Shown here in pieces: positions 18,926 to 26,956 of a DNA stretch of 64,000 bases. Source of the DNA: an uncultured candidate division Zixibacteria bacterium (GTDB lineage: Bacteria > Zixibacteria > MSB-5A5 > GN15 > FEB-12); assembly GCA_963735035.1 (NCBI GenBank), contig CAVTJJ010000004.1, forward strand, positions 672,001-736,000. The letters are read 5' to 3'. Position 1 is the stretch's first letter; each line of letters begins with the position of its first letter. A program made the position numbers and the translations under genes. Below the pieces are notes generated by a model. The model ran no database searches. It saw only the letters and a program-made list of their open reading frames with translations, and was not told the origin of the DNA.

Positions 18926-19430
18926 GAAGACCAAGCACATCAAGGAAGTCACCACCGACAGCGTTACATACGCGGCTCGCAGACCCTTCAAAGTCTGCCA
19001 GGAAGAAAAACGTCGCTTCATCCGTCTGGAGATAGCCTCGCCGATGTCCCTCAAGCGGATCAAGGATCGGGAAGGACATTACTGGGCTGAGGGCGATTGG
19101 CAGATGATTCAGGGGTTGATCCTGAACATTTCCGCCGGCGGCGTCCTGGTCGATCTCGATCAGGCCATCGAAGAAGGCGACGTCGTATCAATGCATTTCA
19201 CCATGCAGGAAGTCGAAGGACTCGAAAATGTGCTGGGTCTGGTCAAGCGCGTGGACATCGACACCGACGGCTGTATGGCCGGTATCGAGTTCGTTTCCCG
19301 CGAACATCTGGCTGACCATTTTTCACAAGCTGAAATGGATCTCCTGGGAACCGAGTTCACTAACTTCGACGCTTCCGTGCGTCAGGTACTCAACCGGTAC
19401 GTCTACCAGGAATCCGGTTCGGAGGGATAA
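18912..19430 (+). CDS. PilZ-domain protein 3
   Basis: EKRRFIR and NISAGG motifs; ATG at 18912 with AGGAG SD. Confidence 0.85.
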   Translation: MKTDRKTKHIKEVTTDSVTYAARRPFKVCQEEKRRFIRLEIASPMSLKRIKDREGHYWAEGDWQMIQGLILNISAGGVLVDLDQAIEEGDVVSMHFTMQEVEGLENVLGLVKRVDIDTDGCMAGIEFVSREHLADHFSQAEMDLLGTEFTNFDASVRQVLNRYVYQESGSEG

Positions 19431-19432
19431 CC

Positions 19433-20035
19433 ATGCTGCGTGCAGCCATAATTATACTGACATTGGCGGTTGGTGTGTCTTCAGTACTGGCGGGAACGCC
19501 TCGACCGCTGGTCCTACAAGTCGATCAGGTCCCGCTCGCCTGGGGTGGCGGCGGCCTGGCCGAGAAGCTGACCGTCTCGCTCACCCGTGATCCCGAACTA
19601 AGGGTGATAGTGCCAAAGGCTCAGGCGGGGTCGTTCCGGGCCTTTCCGGCCGATCGCACTAATCTGGACAGTCTCATGGTCTGGGGAATCGAGATCGGCG
19701 GACGTTTTTTGCTGACCATCAATATTGTGCGTGAAGATATCGAATCCCGCAAGACCTTCAGCGTGCCGTTGTTATTCCACCGTTGGGAGACATTAGCGGT
19801 CATATCCGGAGAAATTCGACTCATAGACTTGCAGAAGCGGCGAGTAATGCTGGCCGAACCGTTCGAGGAAAAGATGTCGGCGGCGCGTCAGTTCCAAAGT
19901 TCCGCGGATGACAATTCCCACGATCCGGACCTCCACGTGAGCGCTTCGGAAAAGCAGATATTGTTCGATTCGCTGGAGAGTCGACTGACCGAGCGGCTGA
20001 TCAAACGAATTGGCCGACTCACCCGAGGATACTGA
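19433..20035 (+). CDS. Exported hypothetical protein
   Basis: N-terminal signal-peptide-like segment (MLRAAIIILTLAVGVSSVLAG); GGAGG SD; tightly spaced in the operon. Confidence 0.7.
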   Translation: MLRAAIIILTLAVGVSSVLAGTPRPLVLQVDQVPLAWGGGGLAEKLTVSLTRDPELRVIVPKAQAGSFRAFPADRTNLDSLMVWGIEIGGRFLLTINIVREDIESRKTFSVPLLFHRWETLAVISGEIRLIDLQKRRVMLAEPFEEKMSAARQFQSSADDNSHDPDLHVSASEKQILFDSLESRLTERLIKRIGRLTRGY

Positions 20036-20900
20036 ATTGGGTCATATCGACGGATACATGCAGCAGCCGGAAGCGCCGGTAACCAGGGTCTGGCAGAAGA
20101 TCAGCCTGATTGCTGAGATTTCCGCTACCTGTCGTCGCCTGTCACCGGATGCACCCTCGTTTGTCGAGGTGCTTCGGTTGATTCAAGCCATCGTTCCATT
20201 CGATGCGGCCACGCTCTATACCCGCGACTCATCCCATGACCGCTATGTGCCGAGAGCCACGCTCGAACAGGAAGTCCCCACCCCCGACTTGCTTATTCGT
20301 CGGGATCCCTCGGACCCGGCTCGCTGGCAGCCGCGGACCCGTCAGCCGCTGGTCTGGTCGATAGGTGAAGAAAGCAAGAAGTTCGAGGCCGAAGGTCCGT
20401 TTGCTTCGGTGATGGTCATGCCGCTCGTGGTAGACGATGTCGTGATCGGAATTTTGAACCTGGGTTCGAGCACTCCCGGAGTGTTAACGCAGCGTCACCT
20501 CAAGTTGATGTCGGTGGTGGCCGATCAGTTGGCGATCTGTCTGGAACGCCAGGAACACGTGGCCAGAATCGAAATCCAGAACCGGGAACTCCAGCAAGCC
20601 CACGATCAATTACGCGATTCACAACAGTACCTGATTGCCCAGGAAAAACTGGCGGTCGTCGCTGAAGTGGCTGGCACCCTGAACCACCAGATCAATAATC
20701 CGCTCTCGGTGATCGTCGGTAACATCGATTGTCTATTAATAGAGGAACCCGAATTGAAGGCCAAGACTCAGGAGCGACTTCGGCGTATCACCGAGGCTGC
20801 CCTCAGGATCGGCCAGGTCAACCGCCAATTGCTGAATATCCAGTCGATCGCCAACGACCCCGATCTCAAAGCGGCCCTAAACACTGTCGGCGCCGATTAG
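20010..20900 (+). CDS. GAF + HisKA (DHp) protein lacking a HATPase domain (start uncertain)
   Basis: GAF (SVMVMPLVVDDVVIGILNL), coiled coil, H-box LNHQINNPL; ORF ends about 70 aa after the His with no N/G boxes. Confidence 0.8.
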   Translation: MADSPEDTELGHIDGYMQQPEAPVTRVWQKISLIAEISATCRRLSPDAPSFVEVLRLIQAIVPFDAATLYTRDSSHDRYVPRATLEQEVPTPDLLIRRDPSDPARWQPRTRQPLVWSIGEESKKFEAEGPFASVMVMPLVVDDVVIGILNLGSSTPGVLTQRHLKLMSVVADQLAICLERQEHVARIEIQNRELQQAHDQLRDSQQYLIAQEKLAVVAEVAGTLNHQINNPLSVIVGNIDCLLIEEPELKAKTQERLRRITEAALRIGQVNRQLLNIQSIANDPDLKAALNTVGAD

Positions 20901-20921
20901 GCTACCGTTTCAGACCGAAGG

Positions 20922-21314
20922 ATGGTATTCGTGGAAAAGATTGTTACTCGTACCGAGCAGAACGAAAGGGCCGATGCTCTCGAATTGCTGGGCACAATCG
21001 ACGCAATGGGCGAGCAGACCAAGGATTTGGCCCTGAATCTGGCCCTCTATCTGGCCAAGGTCAAAGCCAAGAAATCGTCCGAAAAGCTCCGCAAGATGGA
21101 GCCGGAGTTCATCCGCCTTGTCAATGGCACGGTCAAAGTGGTCCAGGAGCTGACGGTTATCCTGAAAGCGGCGCGACACGAAGAAAAAATGATCTACGAG
21201 CCGCCCTCAGGAGACGAGGTCAACGACCGCCTGATGGGCAAGCTTGAATCGATTGCCGAGCAATGCACCCAGATACTTGACTCACTCCACGAAAGCCGGG
21301 ATTTGCTGGCATGA
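20922..21314 (+). CDS. Small helical protein resembling a degenerate MCP signalling-tip segment
   Basis: IDAMGEQTKDLALNLALYLAK aligns by eye with the MCP consensus [21 protein letters not shown]. Confidence 0.55.
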   Translation: MVFVEKIVTRTEQNERADALELLGTIDAMGEQTKDLALNLALYLAKVKAKKSSEKLRKMEPEFIRLVNGTVKVVQELTVILKAARHEEKMIYEPPSGDEVNDRLMGKLESIAEQCTQILDSLHESRDLLA

Positions 21315-21353
21315 AAAAGCCGATTGTGGGCCTGAATTGACGAAGCGGACGGC

Positions 21354-21381
21354 TGAAGAAAAGTGTCAAAATGGTCGATAA
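21354..21381 (+). promoter_or_regulatory. Putative sigma28 promoter upstream of the receiver-receiver-fapA genes
   Basis: TGAA-N16-GTCGATAA, same spacing as the fliA promoter. Confidence 0.45.
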
Positions 21382-21456
21382 TCGAGATGTTGACATAGAG
21401 TTGGCCGACCAGGGCGACAATGCCTTGGACAAGGCTGTTAACGGAAGCTGGAACGC

Positions 21457-21879
21457 GTGAAAATGACAAATACCAGTCTCGCGGATCTGACCGAACTGGC
21501 GCGGAAACGCGGCCAGCCGTTCCGAATCCTGATCGTCGACGACGAGCAGTGGATTCGTGACGTGTTTCGCGATTTCTGCAGCCTGACCGACGCCTTTCAA
21601 GTCGAGCTGGCTATGGACGGCGCCGATGCGATAGCCAAGGTGAAGTGCCACGAATACGACATGGTAACCATGGACTTGATCATGCCGGAAATGTCGGGTC
21701 TCGAAGCCCTGGCGGAAATTAAGAAAGCTTCGCCGCGAGTGCCGATCATGGTTATCACCGGAAATGCCACCGACAAACTGGTCCAGCAGGCGGGTGTGCT
21801 GGGAGCCTGTCGCGTGATGTACAAGCCGATACAACTGGGCGACTTTCTCGCGGAGTTGTCTTCGGCCCTGATGCGATAA
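21457..21879 (+). CDS. Single-domain response regulator
   Basis: ILIVDDE, MDLIMPEMSG, ITG, KP receiver motifs. Confidence 0.92.
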   Translation: MKMTNTSLADLTELARKRGQPFRILIVDDEQWIRDVFRDFCSLTDAFQVELAMDGADAIAKVKCHEYDMVTMDLIMPEMSGLEALAEIKKASPRVPIMVITGNATDKLVQQAGVLGACRVMYKPIQLGDFLAELSSALMR

Positions 21880-21943
21880 ATCCCGCGAGCCGGAATCTAA
21901 AACAGACAACCTTTGGGCGCCCGGCGCAGAGAGCTATTCTATA

Positions 21944-22351
21944 GTGAAGCAAGAAATAACCATACTGGTCGTCGATGACGAACCAATGATGCAGACCCTG
22001 TTGGAGAGAATTCTGACAAAGGACGGCTATCGCGTTACCGTCGCGAGCAACGGCGAGCAGGCCATTGAGGTCTTGAAGCGTGAGCCGATTTCCATTGTCA
22101 TTTCCGATCTCCAGATGCCGGTCATGACCGGGCTCGATCTCTTGAAGGTCATTAAGAAAGACTATCCTCGGATCGGCGTAATCATCATGACGGCGTACGG
22201 AGATACTTACACCGTCAAGGACGCCCTCCTGCTAGGTGCGGATGAATACATCACGAAGCCGTTCAAAAGCTTCGAAATATCCCTGGTCGTAGAGCGCGCC
22301 TACTGGCGACAGTTGGCGCACGAGCAGAGACTCCCTATCGAAACGGATTGA
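21944..22351 (+). CDS. Single-domain response regulator
   Basis: ILVVDDE, SDLQMPVMTG, MTAY, YITKPF. Confidence 0.93.
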   Translation: MKQEITILVVDDEPMMQTLLERILTKDGYRVTVASNGEQAIEVLKREPISIVISDLQMPVMTGLDLLKVIKKDYPRIGVIIMTAYGDTYTVKDALLLGADEYITKPFKSFEISLVVERAYWRQLAHEQRLPIETD

Positions 22352-22359
22352 GACAACCT

Positions 22360-23766
22360 ATGGCGCTAGAAACCACCACCAAGAAAACCCGCGTGGCGGT
22401 AACCGTCAGCAAAGATTCCATGACGGCATCAATTCTGATGCGTGCGCCTTTGGAGGTCGACGGCCCGATTACTTTCGAAGAAGTCATGGAAAGCCTTCAG
22501 GCTGCCGAAGTCGTCTTTGGCATCGACCAGGCGGCAATTCAGAAGGCGCTTGAGAGCAAGTCGTACAATACCCCCGTGCGGGTCGCCCTTGGCAGAGTGC
22601 CGGAGCGGGGCGCCCACAGCAGCTTCAACTACAATTTCGACACCAGCACCCAACACAAGCCGAAAGAGGGTTCCGACGGCCATATCGATTACAAAGACAT
22701 CAATTTCATTCAGAATACCGAGAAGGGATCTGTTCTGGCCACCAAGACGCCGCATACGATAGGCATCCCCGGTATTAATGTTCGAGGGAAAGAAATCAAG
22801 GGACCGGATGGACGCGACATCCCGTTCAACAGTGGCGTCAATACCCAGGTATCGGCTGACGGGCTCTCGCTTATCGCCACCGCGTCTGGTGTGATTCAGT
22901 ACCAGCACGGCAAGGTCTCGGTGATGGATGTCATGTCGCTCAACAGCGATATCGATCATACTGTGGGCAACATCGATTGTCGCGGCTCCTTGCGGGTGAG
23001 CGGCGGTATTAAGGCCGGTTACAAAGTCGTGGTTGACGGCGACCTTGAGGTCGGTGGCAATGTCGAAGACGCTGAGATTCACGTCAAAGGCAATGTCATG
23101 ATCAAAGGCGGTTTCTTCGGCGAGGGCACCGGGCTGCTCGTGGCCGGGGGAGACGTCGTGCTCAAGTTCGCCGAAGGTCAGCGCATTACCGCCGGGAACG
23201 AAGTTCAAGTCGGCGGCGAGATTGTCAATTGCCGGGTCGAAGCGGGCGAGCGGGTGGTGGTCAAGGGAAGCCGGGGCAAGATTATCGGTGGCACGGTCCG
23301 CGCCCGTCGTGAAATCCGCGCCGCCGTATTCGGCTCCGAAGCCGGCACGGCGACCGAACTCCAGGTGGCCTATGATCCTGAGTTAATTGCCCGGTATCAC
23401 GGGGTCGTCAAGGAGATCCAGCGGATCCACGACGACGAAAACCGGGTGAAAGAAGCCCTCTACACGCTCTATCGCCTGCAGATGGAAAACAAGCTGCCGC
23501 CGGCCAAACAGGCGGCGCTCGAAAAGCTTGAGCAGTTCCAGAAAGAAAGCCCGGAGAACCTGGAGAATCTGGCCCGTCAGAAGGCGGAGATCGAGGCGGC
23601 CCTTCAGAAACACCAGGGGGCGGCGATCATCTGCGAAGACACCATGTACCCCGGAGTCAAGGCCTCGTTCGGAATCATCTACCGCGAGATCGTCCAGGAG
23701 CAGAAGCGGTGTAAGATGATGCTTGAGGCGGGGAAAGTACTGATTTCCGAGTACCGTCCTTCGTGA
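22360..23766 (+). CDS. fapA: FapA / DUF342 flagellar assembly protein
   Basis: VSKDSMTA N-terminus, VVFGID, DGHIDYKD, VGNIDCRGSL and beta-helix-type repeats. Confidence 0.88.
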   Translation: MALETTTKKTRVAVTVSKDSMTASILMRAPLEVDGPITFEEVMESLQAAEVVFGIDQAAIQKALESKSYNTPVRVALGRVPERGAHSSFNYNFDTSTQHKPKEGSDGHIDYKDINFIQNTEKGSVLATKTPHTIGIPGINVRGKEIKGPDGRDIPFNSGVNTQVSADGLSLIATASGVIQYQHGKVSVMDVMSLNSDIDHTVGNIDCRGSLRVSGGIKAGYKVVVDGDLEVGGNVEDAEIHVKGNVMIKGGFFGEGTGLLVAGGDVVLKFAEGQRITAGNEVQVGGEIVNCRVEAGERVVVKGSRGKIIGGTVRARREIRAAVFGSEAGTATELQVAYDPELIARYHGVVKEIQRIHDDENRVKEALYTLYRLQMENKLPPAKQAALEKLEQFQKESPENLENLARQKAEIEAALQKHQGAAIICEDTMYPGVKASFGIIYREIVQEQKRCKMMLEAGKVLISEYRPS

Positions 23767-23902
23767 CCTGCCAGTCCGGGATTTCGAGCCGATTCCACTC
23801 GTAAATCCGACCCTATATCAATTCAGATTGAACCGACGCCAGAAAAGGCTTGCCCGGAGGGCTGGGTGTGTTATTTTTGGGGCTGTACGAGTCTCTTGAC
23901 GC

Positions 23903-23995
23903 GGAGAGGTGGCCGAGAGGCTGAAGGCGGCGGATTGCTAATCCGTTATAGGGGAATTACCTCTATCCAGGGTTCGAATCCCTGCCTCTCCGCCA
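23903..23995 (+). tRNA. tRNA-Ser (anticodon GCT)
   Basis: Acceptor GGAGAGG/CCTCTCC, discriminator G, encoded CCA, anticodon arm GCGGA-TTGCTAA-TCCGT, long variable arm, GTTCGAATC T-loop. Confidence 0.97.
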
Positions 23996-24082
23996 GATAT
24001 GGGTGGGATGCACAAGTGACTGCCGCCGGTCGGGTTGACGGTTCAAATACGATTATTCGGAAAATGCATGCGGGATGTGGAT

Positions 24083-24219
24083 GGGTGGCCCACCATTTAT
24101 GGTGGGAAGCGAGAATGATTGATGCGACGCTCTCATGTTACCATAATGCCGTCATGCGAGTCGAAACAATGAGGCGTCTGCTCAGAATCTCACCCCGCAG
24201 CAAGTGGTAGGGCACCCGG
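24083..24219 (+). repeat. 137-bp hairpin-promoter-hairpin element, copy A1
   Basis: Left hairpin CCCACC-ATTTAT-GGTGGG; TTGATG(24119)-N17-CATAAT(24142); decayed right hairpin ending GGGCACCCGG. Confidence 0.9.
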
Positions 24220-24318
24220 TACGAAAGTGAGGAACGAATGCATGCAACCGAGTTATTGCTGTTCGGAACTGTTGATTCTTTGAGTGCATCAGTCAGTTCT
24301 ACAGCGCAGGAGGCGCAG

Positions 24319-24747
24319 ATGAGTAATGTAGAGTACGGTACTATGACACTTCTGGTAGGGCTCCTACTTGCGATTGTCGGGTACTGGTTTGGGTTCTCGA
24401 GGTCTTTCAAGGAACACAAGCTCAAGGTGTACGGTGATATGCTGCCTATTATGGTAAGATTTCTATTCAGTGGTAGAGATGCAAAGGAGTTTAACAAGGA
24501 ACTAGTGCGGATGTGGGTTTATGCCGACAAAGCGGTGGCATATCAGATGGAGAAGGCAATTCGTGCAGCGCGTGTGCTTCATGGATCGTCAGTTAAAGAT
24601 CGTGACGCCCGGAAGTCGGAATTCTTGAGAGAGGTCCAGACGCTCATTGTTGCAATGAGATACGATGTGCAGCCCTGGTGGCGGTGTGGGGAGCGAACAT
24701 TGAGTCCGGAGCGCGTCACGCACTTTCAGTTTGAGGAGGAGACCTAA
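24319..24747 (+). CDS. Orphan protein with N-terminal TM helix
   Basis: AGGAGG SD before ATG 24319; hydrophobic N-terminus; lies between elements A1 and A2. Confidence 0.7.
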   Translation: MSNVEYGTMTLLVGLLLAIVGYWFGFSRSFKEHKLKVYGDMLPIMVRFLFSGRDAKEFNKELVRMWVYADKAVAYQMEKAIRAARVLHGSSVKDRDARKSEFLREVQTLIVAMRYDVQPWWRCGERTLSPERVTHFQFEEET

Positions 24748-24759
24748 AGCTATTGGGCC

Positions 24760-24896
24760 GGGTGGCCCACCATTTATGGTGGGGGGCGAGAATGATTGAT
24801 GCAACGTTTTCATATTACTATAATGCCGTCATGCGAGTCGAAACCGTGGGGCGTCTATTCAGAGACTCACCCCACCGCAAGCGGTGGGGCACGCGG
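24760..24896 (+). repeat. 137-bp element, copy A2
   Basis: About 19 mismatches to A1 by manual alignment; TTGATG(24796)-N17-TATAAT(24819); right hairpin CCCCACCGC-AA-GCGGTGGGG. Confidence 0.92.
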
Positions 24897-24988
24897 CCCC
24901 CATACCTCAAATCAAGCCTCTTTCAACAGGCCCCAAATGATGGGGCACCGCGCTGCTGGACTTCAAAGAGAAAGGATCACAAGACAAT

Positions 24989-25688
24989 ATGCGAATCCTA
25001 AAAGAGAAGACAAAGACTGGCTTTCGGTTAATAACAGTATCAATGAGCGTCATCGGAGCTCTCGCGAGCCTTGTCGGTACACTTGCAATCTCCTGGTTCG
25101 GATTAGCGGGGTCAGGTCACATTCTGGTATCGACATATCCGTCCAATGCTCAAGTGTTCTTGGAGGACACGTTGAAGGGCAACTCTCCGTGCAAGATTGA
25201 CGTCGATGAAGGCTTTCATAAGGTGTCGGCAAGACTCCAAGGGTTCGAGACGTCGGAGGAAATAGTTGAAGTCAAAACCCGTGAGTCAGTTCCCGTCGAA
25301 TTTCGGTTGAATGCCGTTGGTATGGACAGTGAAGCGCTGCGTATGAGAAGTGAGCTTGATTCAATCAAGTCCGAAATCAGCAAGATGGGCACTCTTGCTA
25401 AGCAGACAGCTTTCGACCCGACCAATAGCCTTCTTAATTTGACCAAGGAAATGAGTGCTTTGAAGAATGATATAGGAGGGGCTAGAGCTGGCCTTTTCAA
25501 ATGACCCTGAAAAGGCCTTGTCAATACCCCTGATTCGAAAGGACTTACAGCAGTTGCAAGAAGACAATAAGCAAGTGAGAGCTGAGTTGTCCAGAGTTTA
25601 CGATCAGACGAAGTGGTTTATCGGCACTCTTATAGCTATGTCGTTATCACTAATTGGTATTGTCATTACTATCGCCATCAAGAAATAA
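24989..25688 (+). CDS. PEGA-domain membrane protein with coiled coil and C-terminal TM (one +1 frameshift)
   Basis: PEGA-like VSTYPSNAQVFL...GNSP; removing one G of the 25478-25481 run extends the frame to TAA 25688 (about 232 aa, ending in hydrophobic WFIGTLIAMSLSLIGIVITIAIKK). Confidence 0.7.
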
Positions 25689-25741
25689 ACCTTAATCTGT
25701 CAGGGAACCATGAAACAGTAGCCTTGACTGTATATAGAGTC

Positions 25742-25927
25742 GGCTGGCGCACCATTTATGGTGGGTTGTAACAGTCGTTGACGAAATCTGGACGCAGCGT
25801 TATAGTTCTTTCATGCAGGATAAGTGTGCGGGACGTTTCGCCACAATCTCATCCCAACGCAAGCGTTGGGGCACCCGGCGCCACAATCTCATCCCAACGT
25901 CCGTTGCGGGCGGTTTGGGGCACCCGG
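25742..25927 (+). repeat. 137-bp element, copy B1 (25742-25878), plus a tandem partial duplication of its right end
   Basis: TTGACG(25778)-N17-TATAGT(25801); right hairpin CCCAACGC-AA-GCGTTGGG; CGCCACAATCTCATCCCAACG...GGGGCACCCGG repeated at 25879-25927. Confidence 0.9.
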
Positions 25928-26085
25928 CATTGGATTGTTTGTACACAGGGTCTACTGAGTCGTCTGGTGCTGCCTCTGCTTGTCTTGTCTGCCAGTTTCT
26001 TGTATCTGTTTGGTTGCGCGCAGGACGATTCTCAGCGGAAGAGAGTGTATGATGATCTTTCGCACAAAGCCATGGTTCTACCGCC

Positions 26086-26222
26086 GGGTGGCCCACCATT
26101 TATGGTGGGATGTATCAGTCGTTGACGAAATCTGGACGTTGCCTTATAATTCTCTCATGCAGGATAAGTGTGCGGGACCTTTCGCCACAATCTCATCCCA
26201 ACGCAAGCGTTGGGGCACCCGG
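26086..26222 (+). repeat. 137-bp element, copy B2
   Basis: Closely similar to B1; TTGACG(26122)-N17-TATAAT(26145); termini form the imperfect inverted repeat CCGGGTG(G/C)CCCA. Confidence 0.92.
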
Positions 26223-26335
26223 CCGTAGATTTCTATCGGAAATTAGGATACATGCAGGGTGAAAATAAGGAAATTGAAGTGGGAGATATGCAGATAACCG
26301 TGGTTCAAATGGAGAAGTCTCTGCCGGTGGTATGA
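26222..26335 (+). pseudogene. 3' remnant of a GNAT-family acetyltransferase
   Basis: Translates AVDFYRKLGY...VVQMEKSL, typical of GNAT motif B and C-terminus; begins exactly at the right end of element B2. Confidence 0.6.
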
Positions 26336-26406
26336 GTCGAAACTCTGTGACGGATTTGATTCAAGTCAACAGGAAGACCGGCAGGCGGCGACAGGTTGTT
26401 GGCTTC

Positions 26407-26760
26407 TCACGATTCCTCTTCAGATTCCAAATGGAAGCGGTGCAGGAACCGATGGAACACCGGCGCTATCAACAGCCCAAAGATGCCGAGGAAGATCACA
26501 CCGCTGAATAAGGCGTAGAGACCGGCGAAGAATTTGGCGGCTGAGTTAGTCAGCAAATCCACCGGTCCCATACCGCCGACGATCATGGACGCGTTTAGAA
26601 AAGCATCCATCCACGCCAATCCAGCTAGCCAATGATACCCGCACATCCCCAGCAATAGCCAAATCCCCAATGAAAGGAGCGCCAAGATGGCTGAGTAGGC
26701 CAAGCGCCGGAGAAAGTCTCGGCGGGAAATAAGCGGTTGTCGACGGTGCTCAAATTTCAA
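26407..26760 (-). CDS. Small 2-TM membrane protein with pore-helix-like segment
   Basis: TM1, WMDAFLNASMIVGGMGP, TM2 (AKFFAGLYALFSG); topology like 2-TM channel pore modules. Confidence 0.75.
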   Translation of the reverse strand: MKFEHRRQPLISRRDFLRRLAYSAILALLSLGIWLLLGMCGYHWLAGLAWMDAFLNASMIVGGMGPVDLLTNSAAKFFAGLYALFSGVIFLGIFGLLIAPVFHRFLHRFHLESEEES

Positions 26761-26956
26761 GAGACGGCTCGTTCCTGTTAGTGACTCAAACGCGTGTGCT
26801 TCGGAGACAAGATGCAGAATCGTTCTGATTGCCTACAACAAAGAAATAGAGCTAGCTCAAGAGCCGGACTGCCCCGATCAACTCTTCCAAGAGCGTCCCC
26901 TCGAAAGGCGTTAACTATTAGCAGCACAACTTCTTACGGAGCCGGCCATGGCCATC

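Noticed and set aside
23866..24210. 114-aa ORF over the tRNA, and the ORFs at 24753-25001, 25778-26125, 25813-26052 and 25980-26228
   Set aside because: They are largely translations of the tRNA and the repeat elements, with no protein-family features apart from the lipoprotein-like fragment noted separately.
24083..26222. CRISPR array or integron attC array interpretation of the 137-bp repeats
   Set aside because: Repeats are too long and spacing is irregular and gene-sized; no cas genes are present. The ends lack the RYYYAAC/GTTRRRY attC boxes and no integron integrase is in the window.
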